Shown here: piece after piece, positions 11,657 through 21,900 of the stretch
Layout of the letters: the number at the start of each line of letters is the position of its first letter
Numbering within the stretch: position 1 is the first letter of the stretch
Source: an uncultured Fibrobacterales bacterium
GTDB lineage: Bacteria > Fibrobacterota > Fibrobacteria > Fibrobacterales > CAWVXU01
Assembly (NCBI GenBank): GCA_963934255.1
Contig: CAWVXU010000021.1
Location: forward strand, 1-33,027
Direction of reading: 5' to 3'
Length of the DNA stretch: 33,027 bases
Notes under the pieces: model-generated
Databases searched by the model: none
What the model was told of the DNA's origin: nothing
What the model saw: only the letters and a program-made list of their open reading frames with translations
Position numbers and translations under genes: made by a program

Positions 11657-11684
11657 TTGACAGAATTCTACAAATAACTACTAT
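11657..11684 (+). promoter_or_regulatory. Sigma70-type promoter for rpsL-rpsG
   Basis: Perfect -35 TTGACA (11657-11662), 16-nt spacer, -10 TACTAT (11679-11684), upstream of the AGGAG RBS of rpsL. Confidence 0.75.
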
Positions 11685-11713
11685 TGGTTTTCAAAATTTA
11701 GGAGTGCTATAAA

Positions 11714-12088
11714 GTGCCAACGATTCAACAATTAGTTCGTAAAGGACGCAAAAACATTAAAGCTAAGACTAAGTCTCCTGCTTTAAAAGCGTGTCCTCAG
11801 AAACGTGGAGTATGTACTCGTGTATATACATCTACCCCGAAAAAGCCTAACTCGGCTCTTCGTAAAATCGCACGTGTGCGTTTATCAAATAAAATTGAAG
11901 TAACTTGCTACATCCCTGGTGAAGGTCACAACCTTCAAGAGCACAGTATTGTTCTTATCCGAGGTGGTCGTGTAAAAGACGTTCCAGGTGTTCGTTATCA
12001 CATCATCCGTGGTACTCTTGATACTCAAGGTGTAGCAGATCGTAAACAAAGTCGTTCTAAGTACGGCGTTAAGAAACCTAAAGGATAA
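11714..12088 (+). CDS. rpsL: 30S ribosomal protein S12
   Basis: GTG start; [21 protein letters not shown] and [12 protein letters not shown] motifs. Confidence 0.99.
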   Translation: MPTIQQLVRKGRKNIKAKTKSPALKACPQKRGVCTRVYTSTPKKPNSALRKIARVRLSNKIEVTCYIPGEGHNLQEHSIVLIRGGRVKDVPGVRYHIIRGTLDTQGVADRKQSRSKYGVKKPKG

Positions 12089-12093
12089 GCTAG

Positions 12094-12570
12094 ATGTCTA
12101 GACGTAGAAAAGCACAATCCCGTGTAGTATTGCCTGATCCAAAGTTTCAATCACGCTTGATTACTGAATTCATCGGTGTATTGATGAAAGATGGCAAAAA
12201 AACTATCGCTGAAAGAATTATCTATTCAGCTATTGATGAGTTAAATGCAAAAGTTGAAGGTGAAGAGTCTCCGATTGAAAAATTCGAAGCTGCACTTGAA
12301 AACATTAAACCACAACTAGAGGTTAAATCTCGTCGTGTTGGTGGAGCTACTTATCAAGTACCTATAGAAGTACACCCTCGTCGTTCAAAAGCTCTTGCTT
12401 TGCGTTGGTTGGTAGATGCATCTGTTAAACGTTCTGAGCACACTATGGCTCAACGTCTTTCAAATGAACTAGTAGCCGCTCATAAAAACGAAGGTAACGC
12501 AGTACGTAAACGTGTTGATACGCATAAAATGGCTGATTCAAATAAAGCCTTTGCTCACTTCCGTTGGTAA
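12094..12570 (+). CDS. rpsG: 30S ribosomal protein S7
   Basis: EVKSRRVGGATYQVP and HKMADSNKAFAHFRW motifs. Confidence 0.99.
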   Translation: MSRRRKAQSRVVLPDPKFQSRLITEFIGVLMKDGKKTIAERIIYSAIDELNAKVEGEESPIEKFEAALENIKPQLEVKSRRVGGATYQVPIEVHPRRSKALALRWLVDASVKRSEHTMAQRLSNELVAAHKNEGNAVRKRVDTHKMADSNKAFAHFRW

Positions 12571-12651
12571 ATTTTTTTTAAACAATTGGCTTATTGTACA
12601 GTTATGAACTTTTGAACTGTTAGGTAGCTATTTGTTTAGTAAAAAATCTTG

Positions 12652-12684
12652 AAGGACCACTCAATGAGTGGTCCTTTTTGTTTT
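12652..12684 (+). terminator. Intrinsic terminator ending the rpsL-rpsG unit
   Basis: Perfect inverted repeat AAGGACCACTC-AAT-GAGTGGTCCTT followed by TTTGTTTT. Confidence 0.9.
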
Positions 12685-12742
12685 AACATATCGATATTAT
12701 AACTACCAGTAGATAAGAATTTTTTGGTGTTATTGTGCTTAG

Positions 12743-13054
12743 TTAATAGAAAACTGCTAGCCAAATTGTTTGACTAGCTTTATCAGTCTTACTGACTTTG
12801 TGTTTGGTGTGGGCCGGGATATTTAGAAAGTCATTTCCGTTTAACTTATGAGTCTCACCATTTTCGAATTCAATTGTAGCCGAGCCTTGAATAAGGATAA
12901 TCCATTCACTTTCAGTTTGGTCATACCAACCGTGAGTGGGGGATGTTTGACCTGTGGATATTATTCGCTCAATACGAATTCCATCAGCTTTAAGAAGCTC
13001 TGTGAAGATTTCTTTGTCAAGTTGTTGAGGTATTTGGTCTAAAATGTTCTTCAT
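12743..13054 (-). CDS. Cupin-domain protein (103 aa)
   Basis: IERIISTGQTSP..GWYDQ...EW...QGSA.....IPAHTKHKV pattern of a widespread small cupin family. Confidence 0.88.
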   Translation of the reverse strand: MKNILDQIPQQLDKEIFTELLKADGIRIERIISTGQTSPTHGWYDQTESEWIILIQGSATIEFENGETHKLNGNDFLNIPAHTKHKVSKTDKASQTIWLAVFY

Positions 13055-13143
13055 AGCTTGTAAATTAGCTTTGTTAGCACATAATCAAAAGCAATAATGA
13101 GTCTTTTGAGTTACTTTTGCGCCATCAAGAGTAGGAACTACGC

Positions 13144-14592
13144 ATGAAATTTACTGATTTAGGTTTATCGCCTGTTATATTAAAAGCCATTTCCAAAAAA
13201 GGCTATGAAACACCTAGTCCAATTCAAGCTGAAGCTATTCCTGTGGTTCTTGAAGGTCGAGACTTAATGGCAGCAGCGCAAACTGGAACAGGTAAGACAG
13301 CTGGTTTCACACTTCCGATTTTAAATATTTTGAGCAAAGGTCAGGGAGCTGTCAAAACTGAAGTTCGTTGTTTGATTCTAACTCCTACTCGCGAGCTGGC
13401 AGCTCAAGTGGGTGAAAGCGTTGCTGATTATGGCTCAGGGCTTCACTTGAAGTCAAATATTATATTTGGTGGTGTCAAAGCGGGACCACAAATTTCTAAG
13501 CTTCGTCATGGATCTGATGTTTTGGTTGCGACTCCTGGTCGATTACTAGACTTATACAACCAAAAGGCTATTAGCTTTAAGAATCTAGAGATATTCATTT
13601 TAGATGAAGCTGACCGCATGCTCGACATGGGTTTTATTAATGACATTAAAAAGATTGTTAAGTCCTTACCCACAAAGCGACAAAACTTAATGTTCTCAGC
13701 AACGTTTTCAAATCAAATCAGAAAACTAGCTCAACAGTTTTTGAATAATCCTGCAGAAGTTTCAGTGAGCCCTAAAAACTCTACTGCTGAAACAGTTAAG
13801 CAGCTTGTTTATCCAGTAAATAAAAACCAAAAGACAAACCTCTTAATTCACTTAGTGGAAAAATTTAATTGGAATCAAGTTTTGGTGTTTAGCCGTACCA
13901 AACACGGTGCAAACAAAATTGCACAGAAATTGGTAGAGTCAGGTATTAACTCCTCGGCTATTCATGGAAACAAGTCTCAAGGGGCAAGAACGAAAGCATT
14001 GGCTGATTTCAAATCTGGTCGAGTAAAAGTTCTGGTAGCAACTGATATTGCAGCCCGTGGTTTGGATATTGATCAATTACCCCAAGTGGTTAATTTTGAT
14101 CTACCTAATGTTTCAGAAGATTATGTTCACAGAATTGGTCGTACGGGTCGTGCTGGCGCTCAAGGTGAAGCTGTTTCATTTGTTGCAGATGATGAGTATG
14201 AATACCTCAAAGATATTGAGAAATTAATCAATCAAGAAATTGAACAAATAGAGGTGTCTGGTTTTGAGCCGACACACAAATTAGGTTCTGTAGTTGTTGT
14301 TAAAGCAGCTTCAAAACAATCACAAACCTCAGGACGTGGACGCGGCGGCTCAAATGGACCTAGCAGAGGTAAGGGTGGACAATCGAGCAAACCTGGTCGA
14401 TCGGGTGGTTCAAGTCAAGGCGGGCGTTCTGGTGGGTCTAGTAGAAGGTCATCTGAGAGCAATGGAGTTGTATCAAATGATGCAGGCTCATCTAGCCGTT
14501 CTCAGTCTCGAACAGGTTCAGGTCGCTCTAATCAAGGTAGCTCAAGTAGTGATAATGATTCAAGTGGTAGTTTCAAATGGGGACGCCGCTAA
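13144..14592 (+). CDS. rhlE: DEAD-box RNA helicase, RhlE-like, with Gly/Ser/Arg-rich C-terminal tail
   Basis: Q motif, [26 protein letters not shown] and HRIGRTGR motifs; disordered tail with no DbpA domain. Confidence 0.92.
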   Translation: MKFTDLGLSPVILKAISKKGYETPSPIQAEAIPVVLEGRDLMAAAQTGTGKTAGFTLPILNILSKGQGAVKTEVRCLILTPTRELAAQVGESVADYGSGLHLKSNIIFGGVKAGPQISKLRHGSDVLVATPGRLLDLYNQKAISFKNLEIFILDEADRMLDMGFINDIKKIVKSLPTKRQNLMFSATFSNQIRKLAQQFLNNPAEVSVSPKNSTAETVKQLVYPVNKNQKTNLLIHLVEKFNWNQVLVFSRTKHGANKIAQKLVESGINSSAIHGNKSQGARTKALADFKSGRVKVLVATDIAARGLDIDQLPQVVNFDLPNVSEDYVHRIGRTGRAGAQGEAVSFVADDEYEYLKDIEKLINQEIEQIEVSGFEPTHKLGSVVVVKAASKQSQTSGRGRGGSNGPSRGKGGQSSKPGRSGGSSQGGRSGGSSRRSSESNGVVSNDAGSSSRSQSRTGSGRSNQGSSSSDNDSSGSFKWGRR

Positions 14593-14645
14593 TTGTAAAA
14601 GCGAATATTTGAAGAGTCACTTAACAGTGTTTCTCTAAAGCTTTT

Positions 14646-14677
14646 AACAGCATCTCTATGAGGTGCTGTTTTATTTT
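14646..14677. terminator. Terminator hairpin between the two convergent helicase genes
   Basis: AACAGCATCTC-TAT-GAGGTGCTGTT followed by TTATTTT on the + strand; abuts the stop codon of the minus-strand gene. Confidence 0.8.
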
Positions 14678-15951
14678 GCCCAAGGGTTGGTTTTGGGCTT
14701 ATTCTCTGACGGGTTGTTACAAGTCGATTGGTCTACTTTTAATTGATCTTGATTCTTTTTCGGTTTCTTAGGTTTCTTCTTTTTAAGTGGCTTGATTTCT
14801 TTGGAATCAGGAAGTTCATTGGTGGGGACATAATCAGGATGAACTCTACGCTCGATGTGTTTTTGAATCTGCTGCTCAGTCTTATCAAGTGCTTCGTGCT
14901 CGGTGGCACAGACGAGTGAGATCGCGACACCCGATTGACCTGCGCGTCCGGTTCGGCCGATGCGATGTGTGTAATCTTCTGCCACCTTGGGTAAGTGATA
15001 ATTGACTACGTGTGGCAGAGAGTCAATATCTAGGCCACGGGCTAACAAGTCAGTAGCAACTAATACTTGGAGTTTGCCGGCTTTGAACTCGGCTAGAGTT
15101 CTGTTGCGAATACTTTGGCTTTTGTCACTATGAATAGCACCTGCTTGAAGACCTTGGTCTTCGAGAAAGCCTTGAAGGATATTTGCATCGCGTTTGGTCT
15201 TAATAAACACGAGTACTTGGTCCCATTGGTTGTCGTGAATGAGAGACGCCAGAAGTGGAGACTTTTGTTTTTTATCTACCGGGTAAAGATAGTGTTCAAT
15301 TTCTTTGGTGGTAGTCTCTTCGGGGTTAATCAATAACGCATGTGCATTTTTAGTGACGTTGTGAGTGAGCTCTTTAAGTTCACTTGGGAAGGTGGCAGAA
15401 AAGAGTAAAGTCTGTCTTTTGTTGGGCAGTAATTTGAGAATTTTTTGAATGTCAATTGAAAAACCGAGGTTTAACATTCGGTCAGCCTCATCTAAAATAA
15501 GTGTATGAATTTGCTCAAACTTGATAGCATTTTGATGATAGAGGTCGAGAAGTCTTCCGGGTGTTGCAATTAAAATATCAACTCCAGGTCGACACTTCAT
15601 CATTTGGGGGTTAATCTTTACGCCGCCATAGGCCGTGGCGGTTCGTACATCGAGGTCTTGAATGTATTGCTCAGCAGACTCTTCAATTTGAATTGCAAGC
15701 TCTCTAGTAGGTACTAAAATCAAGGAGAACACATGATTTGACTTGACTAAGGTTCCTTTGTGAAGTCGATCAATAAGTGGGAGTAGAAATGCGGCTGTTT
15801 TACCTGAACCGGTCTGTGCTCCAGCAATGAGGTCTTTTCCTTGAAGAATGATTGGGATTGCTTGTTCTTGGACTGGTGTAGGTTGAGTGTATCCTACTGA
15901 TTTGATGGATTGAGATAATACATCGCTGAGTCCAAGAGTTTTGAAATCCAT
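14671..15951 (-). CDS. Second DEAD-box RNA helicase, RhlE-like, with Lys-rich tail
   Basis: AQTGSGKT, PTRELA, DEAD, SAT and HRIGRTGR motifs. Start set at ATG 15951 (MDFKTLGLS) after GAAGGA. Confidence 0.93.
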   Translation of the reverse strand: MDFKTLGLSDVLSQSIKSVGYTQPTPVQEQAIPIILQGKDLIAGAQTGSGKTAAFLLPLIDRLHKGTLVKSNHVFSLILVPTRELAIQIEESAEQYIQDLDVRTATAYGGVKINPQMMKCRPGVDILIATPGRLLDLYHQNAIKFEQIHTLILDEADRMLNLGFSIDIQKILKLLPNKRQTLLFSATFPSELKELTHNVTKNAHALLINPEETTTKEIEHYLYPVDKKQKSPLLASLIHDNQWDQVLVFIKTKRDANILQGFLEDQGLQAGAIHSDKSQSIRNRTLAEFKAGKLQVLVATDLLARGLDIDSLPHVVNYHLPKVAEDYTHRIGRTGRAGQSGVAISLVCATEHEALDKTEQQIQKHIERRVHPDYVPTNELPDSKEIKPLKKKKPKKPKKNQDQLKVDQSTCNNPSENKPKTNPWAK

Positions 15952-16184
15952 TATAGTTCCTTCTTTGCGGTGGCTCAAGAGATTGACTATTCACTCGTTG
16001 AGATTTTAAGATCCTGTTTGCTTATCAGCCAAAAATAGAATTTTCCTTGAATAGCAAAGAAATTCATCTCTATTCTTTATAAAACATTTAAAAGCAACAA
16101 GAGTTATACTGAATGTTGTGCTATAAGTTAATTTTCTTAGTGACACAGTTATTCGAATAATTTAAGCAATCAAAGGAGTTTCCT

Positions 16185-16376
16185 ATGAGCATTCAGTTAA
16201 AAGAAATCGAGACTCGAGACCATGGGTTGGTCTATATCAATCCGTCTCACGTGACTGCTGTAAAAGAGTCAGAGTATGGAATTGAAATCCACCTAAGCGT
16301 CCCTTTGTATGGCAAAATGAACTACTTCCTATGTGAAGCTGAAATCATGGATATTGTTGAGGCCTTAGAGGTATAA
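16185..16376 (+). CDS. Small hypothetical protein (63 aa), weak resemblance to the FlbD family
   Basis: Strong AAGGAG RBS and ATG start; VYINPSHVTAVKE...EIMDIVEAL pattern. Confidence 0.7.
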   Translation: MSIQLKEIETRDHGLVYINPSHVTAVKESEYGIEIHLSVPLYGKMNYFLCEAEIMDIVEALEV

Positions 16377-16428
16377 ATTAGGGAGTTGTAGCTATTTGAT
16401 TGTGATTAAGAATTTCATTCTTAGGTTA

Positions 16429-18177
16429 TTAAAAATCAGGTAGACATGAGAGGTGCATTACTTCTCTTGTGATGGGGTGTTCAAAGGTTATTTCTTGCGC
16501 ATGCAGGTACATCCTTTGATCTGAGGTGCCATAAAGTTTATCCCCCAAAATGGGAGATTCTAGTCCTAGAACGTGTGCTGAATGGACTCTTAATTGATGA
16601 GTTCTACCTGTTACAGGAAAAAAATGAACACGAGTTTTACCGTTTTTTTCTTCTACTTTTTCCCATAAAGTTTTGGCGGGCTTCCCTGTTTGTTGACATA
16701 CCATTTGAGTTGGTCTATGATTCCAATCTACGATGAGTGGCAAATCAATTTCACCGGAGTCAGATTGTAAAATCCCATTTAAAATCGCGCAGTACTTTTT
16801 CTTGATAAATCTTGTGCGGAATTGTTCTTGTAAAAGCTTGTGTGTTTTTTTGGTTTTAGCACAAAGCAGAATTCCGGAAGTACCCATATCAAGACGATGA
16901 ATAATAATGGGGCCAGTGGCTTCTGGGTAGAGATTTTTTAATCTTGTATAGACGGAATCTTCAACATTTCGGCCAGGAGCGCTCAGTAGGTTGATGGGTT
17001 TATTAATTGCTAAGATATAATCATCTTCATAAACAATTTTTATTTCCCCAGCATCATCATGGCGAGCTTGCAATGGACTTTCTTCAACATCTAAACCTTG
17101 AAGCATGTGTGTTAATATGGGTTGACACTTACCTTTGCATGCGGGATAGTAGTTTTTGTTTTTGCGAATTTCTGAAGTTGGAGATTTACCCCACCAAAAC
17201 TCGGCGAGTGCAATGGGCTTTAGTTGATGTTCATATGCGTATTGTAGTAGCTTGGGAGCGGCACAATCTCCTGAACCTGATGGCGGCGTAGGGTTAGCTT
17301 CGTTTTTGAAACAATCACTAAGGTTGCGGTACTCTTGATTGAAGTCTAAGAATCCGTATTGGTCAAATATGAGTTGCTGAAGAGCGTTCGACATTTCTTT
17401 GCGCTTGGATTTTAAGGCGAGGATTTGATCTTCAAAAGTGGTGATTAATTTCTGTTGTTCGGTGATTTTTGAATTCCAAGAGTCTTTGAGTAATTTTAGT
17501 TCAAATTTTTCATTCATACTTTCTTGATTGAGTTTTTTGTTTAACTCTGAATTTTTAATGGAAAGTTCTTTGTTTGAAAGTGGTTCTGTGTTGGAGTTGG
17601 AATGAGACGGTATATTAGTAGAGAGACTGCTGGCTTTTAATAAAGCTTTTCGCTTAGCAGATCGAGAAGTTTTTTTGAGCTGAATTACTTCTTTGAATAA
17701 ACGAAGCTCCGTATCAAAGGACTGTTTCGTTTCAGTTATGGAAGCCTTTAATTTTTCTTTTTGTCCTGAGTTTTCTAAGTCATAAATCTCATGGGTAATA
17801 GCAACAATTTTCGGCTCTTCTGATCGGTAAAAACCTTCTTCTTCCATGAGGTCAACAATTGGCGGAACGAAGTACTTTGTCTTATTATTGTCAGATAATT
17901 TACCAGATACAGCCCAAATATGACCGATTTCTTTTTCTGAATTTTCAACGACAAGGACACCAAACATTTTACCGACTTGTTCGCCGTCAAATTTTTGATT
18001 GACTCCCATTTGTAAAAACCAATTCTCATTATTGGTTAAATAATCTTGTAGCTCATGGGCGGCAGTGATGGCGATTTCATGAGGCTCATAGACAAATGGA
18101 AAAGTAAATTGTGTCGGTAACTCAATCTGATTGATGTCAGTTTTGAATTTGTGTAATAGGTATGGAATATTGTTCAT
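16429..18177 (-). CDS. RluA-family RNA pseudouridine synthase with long N-terminal/coiled-coil extension
   Basis: INKP..LLS.PG, catalytic HRLDMGTSG, TGRTHQLRVH and LGDKLYG motifs; N-terminal GKMFGVLVV and GDCAAPKLLQYAY typical of the long form. Confidence 0.93.
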   Translation of the reverse strand: MNNIPYLLHKFKTDINQIELPTQFTFPFVYEPHEIAITAAHELQDYLTNNENWFLQMGVNQKFDGEQVGKMFGVLVVENSEKEIGHIWAVSGKLSDNNKTKYFVPPIVDLMEEEGFYRSEEPKIVAITHEIYDLENSGQKEKLKASITETKQSFDTELRLFKEVIQLKKTSRSAKRKALLKASSLSTNIPSHSNSNTEPLSNKELSIKNSELNKKLNQESMNEKFELKLLKDSWNSKITEQQKLITTFEDQILALKSKRKEMSNALQQLIFDQYGFLDFNQEYRNLSDCFKNEANPTPPSGSGDCAAPKLLQYAYEHQLKPIALAEFWWGKSPTSEIRKNKNYYPACKGKCQPILTHMLQGLDVEESPLQARHDDAGEIKIVYEDDYILAINKPINLLSAPGRNVEDSVYTRLKNLYPEATGPIIIHRLDMGTSGILLCAKTKKTHKLLQEQFRTRFIKKKYCAILNGILQSDSGEIDLPLIVDWNHRPTQMVCQQTGKPAKTLWEKVEEKNGKTRVHFFPVTGRTHQLRVHSAHVLGLESPILGDKLYGTSDQRMYLHAQEITFEHPITREVMHLSCLPDF

Positions 18178-18227
18178 AGGTCAAATTTATAATTTTAATA
18201 GAAGTGATGATTTTTCTTGTGAATGTA

Positions 18228-18440
18228 TCACCGATTTAATGTTTGGATGATAAAGGGAGCAGCAAGTAGGCTTAAGCCGATAATGATACCAATGATAATA
18301 TCGTCGACAAAGTAATTATAGCAGCAAAGTAGAATACCAGATACTAATGGGACTGCTTTGCGTTGTTTCTTTCCATAGATGAAATACCCTGAGCCAAAAG
18401 CTCCGGTAAAAACACTGAGATATAGCCATTCAGGAGTCAT
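18228..18440 (-). CDS. Small conserved membrane protein (70 aa)
   Basis: Hydrophobic segments around a G.GYFIYGKKQ motif; AG-rich RBS upstream. Confidence 0.75.
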   Translation of the reverse strand: MTPEWLYLSVFTGAFGSGYFIYGKKQRKAVPLVSGILLCCYNYFVDDIIIGIIIGLSLLAAPFIIQTLNR

Positions 18441-18890
18441 GTTAAACTCTCTCTTTATGATGAAGCTTCCTTCAAATATACCATAAAAAGAGTAGGGGAG
18501 TTGTGACTGACGTCAATATGATCAGCTTGAATAAAGCAGCATTGTCTTTGAGTCAAGCTCAAGTAGACAGATCATTTACCGACAGCTCCTCTAGATATTG
18601 AGCAAACCGAGCGGCATTCCCTTGAAATCCCAGGAAATTATAATCCCAAACATAATCGACTTTGCAGCCGGCTCCATCTATATAACCTTTATTCTGTACT
18701 TGATGCAATTTGCACAATCGCAATTACTTGAACTTTAAAAAACACCAAAACTGGAAAAACTAAATTATTAATCATTTCTCCAAGTGTATACAAGAAGAGT
18801 ATCCCAGTTTAGTGATGATAGCTAGAGAATTTGGATTAAACTCTAAGTATCCTCAGCGTGATTTAAAAGAAGAAAACTTTGACACAATTT

Positions 18891-18926
18891 AAAAGAGGGT
18901 CTTAAATTAAATTTTAGAAAGACCCT
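18891..18926 (-). terminator. Possible terminator overlapping the putA stop codon
   Basis: Inverted repeat AGGGTCTT (18896-18903) / AAGACCCT (18919-18926), followed by CTTTT on the minus strand. The loop is long and the U-tract short. Confidence 0.4.
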
Positions 18927-21900
18927 GAATATTGAATTCTCCAGGTTGAATCCCCATCATATTTCCATATCGATGATAGTTGTGTGAGATGCTTTGTTCT
19001 TCGATATAGTTGAGTAATTCTACACGTCCTGAGGAGTGTGGAATTCTACTATAAATATGGTAGGCGTTTTCGTGACAATATTGTCTGAATTCATCTGGTA
19101 AGTTTTTACTTAGGTTTCGGATGCGACGATTTCCAGAGAAGTATTTTTGATGAGTTTGAATGAAGTTGACGACTTCATTTCCTTTAGGTACGGTATGAAT
19201 TTCTAATGGTATCTCCATGACTTTACATGCAATTTTTACTTTTTCAATATCAGACTTATTGGTGTCAACGTCAATGAGTAGAAGTACTTCGTGAACTTTA
19301 AGGTATCTGTAAATATTATGTTGTCCTCGAATGAGTGAGACATCTCTTGCTTGAGAAAATTCGTTATCCATGGCTTCTTGGTAGTGTTGTTTAATTATTG
19401 CAAGACTAGGCTCAAGGCCATTTTCTTCTAGATAAGGCTCCAAGTTTAAGAATTGTAAAACATAATTAGGACCGCCAGCTTTCATCCCAAAGCCAAAGCA
19501 AGATTGTTTCATTCCACCAAAGGGCTGTCTTTGGACAATAGCCCCAGTAGTACTTCGGTTAATGTATAAATTACCTGCGTGAATATTTTCAGTCCAATAT
19601 TCTACTGAGGTCGGGTTAAGACTTTCAATACCTGAGGTTAGCCCAAAGGTTACGCCATTGGCGAGCTCTACAGCGTGATTAACATCTTTGGCTTTCATCA
19701 CACCAAGTAGGGGGCCAAAAAATTCTGTTTGATGATAGTAGTCTCCATTTTCAACTCCCCATAATATACCTGGAGTTAAAACAAAATCACCTCGAAGCTG
19801 AGGTTTGAGTAACCAGTCCTTTTCGGATGTTTGCTTCATGAGTTCGAGAATTCTCTCATTCACCGGCGTGGATAAAAATCCTACTTTGGTATCTAATTGC
19901 CAAGGGTCTCCTACTTTTAAGCTTTTGACTGCGTTACATAACTTTTGTTTAAACTCATCTGAGTTGTACAGCTCTTCTTGTAAAATAAGTAGTGATGTTG
20001 CGGAACATTTTTGACCTGCGTTTGAAAATGAACTTTGGATTAAGTTGTCAATCGCTTGCTCATGGTCACTTAAGTCTTCTATATAAGTTGAGTTTTTACC
20101 GCCGGTTTCGGCATAGAGTGGGAGTAAGGGGTTTTGTTTGAGTAAGAATTTGGCAGTAGCTGTTGCCCCTGTTAATATGACTGCGTCAAAAGGGCAATTA
20201 GATTTTAAGAAGGAGTGGTATGTCTCATTTTCTGACGGTAAGAAACCTAAAGCATTCCGGGGTACTCCTGCATCCCAAAGACATTGACAAGCGACATAAG
20301 CCGTTGCTGCAGCATTTGTAGAAGGTTTTAGTATGACTCGTTTGCCGGCAGCCAAACTAGCGATTACACCTCCTATTGGGATGGCAATAGGGAAGTTCCA
20401 AGGTGAAAGAACTAAGTGAATACCTTGGGTGTTATAATAAAGCTTCTGGTCTTCCACTTTGAGAATACTTTGAGCATAATAGTTGGCAAAGTCAATAGCT
20501 TCACTGACTTCTACATCGGATTCATCTACTTGCTTACCGAGTTCCATCAGTGCGGTACCTATTAGACGCGAGCGTCTCTCACGCATAAATTGAGCTGCGC
20601 GTGACAATGTTTTTTGTCGTTCAACGAATGGTGTAATTTGCCAAGAGCTACTATCGGCAATAAATTCACTAATTATATCTGAAGTGGCTAGTTGATACTC
20701 CCAAGGTGTTTCGCCTGTGTGGTGAGGGATGCGGGTTTTGGGGATTTCTAAGTCGGACTCTTCAGGATATTGCTGATAGATTAGTGGGATGACACTTGGA
20801 AAAGGTCTACCTAAGCCTTTCCAATCTTGCATTTTGGATTGAATCCATTGACGATTGTTCTCTAGAGTCCAATCAGTATCGGGTTCGTTGATAAAGTGAG
20901 GCACTGCTTGATAGTGCTCTAAAAGAGCAGGATACGGAGTGTTGCGGTCTTGTGTTCTTCGCGCATGGGTATCAATGGTCTCCATCAGGGCAATCGACGT
21001 CCTGAATTGATCCCAAATGAGGTTCCATTGGTCACTCCCGGGTTGGAGTTGAAAACCTTCTTTGAGGAAATTTCCTTTTTGGGTCCCTTCATCAAGTCGG
21101 CGGACTAGATAGGCAATCGCTGCATTATAATTTTTGCGACTGACTAAAGGTGTGTAGATGACAAGCTTAGCGCCTAACTGTCGTAAGTTATAGTTAAGCT
21201 CTGGAGCCATACCTTCTAGGATTTCAAATTCAACTTCATGCCAGATGTCGTGTTTTTTGACTAGACCCAGTGAGTAACTAATGTCAAATATATTATGAGA
21301 GGCAACTCCGACATGAATACTCTTCACTGACTCAGGAGTTAATAATTCACGCAAGATTTTTTTGTAGTGAGCATCCGTCTCCACTTTAGAGTTAAAAGTA
21401 ACTAGTGGCCAACTTCTATGTGAGGACTCGGTGTGTTCCATTTCAAGATTGGCACCTTTGACCAAACGAATTTTAATAGGTGCTCCACCGTTCTCTACGC
21501 GCTGAATAGCCCAATTTTTTAAATATTGCAAAGCTTGATATGAATCAGGAATATACGCTTGTAAAACAATGCCTGCGCGCAAGTTTTTGAATTCAGCTTG
21601 GTCTAAAGTTTGAGTGAATACTTTGATGTTTAGCCAAAGGTCATGGTACTCTTCCATATCAACATTGACGAACTTGGCTACTGAAGTACTCTCCTCGATT
21701 GTTAAAAGTTCTTGGTAAAGTTCACTGAGACGAACCTTTAGTTCACTGATGTTTTGTTTGAAGGCAAGCGGGTGGATTTGCGAATATAATGTGGACATCT
21801 TGACCGAGATATATAGAATCTCTTCTTGATGGAGCAAGCTTTTGTATTGATTGATGCGCTCACGTGCTTCATGCTCGTCGATGAGTGCTTCACCAATCAA

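Noticed and set aside
14294..14638. 114-aa alternative-frame ORF over the helicase tail
   Set aside because: It is a by-product of the low-complexity Gly/Ser tail, with no RBS or slippery site noticed.
18879..18908. TTGACA with a downstream TTAAAT/TAAATT as an antisense promoter into putA (similar TTGACA on the minus strand at 25084-25089)
   Set aside because: The -10 matches are poor and such hexamers arise easily in AT-rich spacers. Not supportable without transcription start data.
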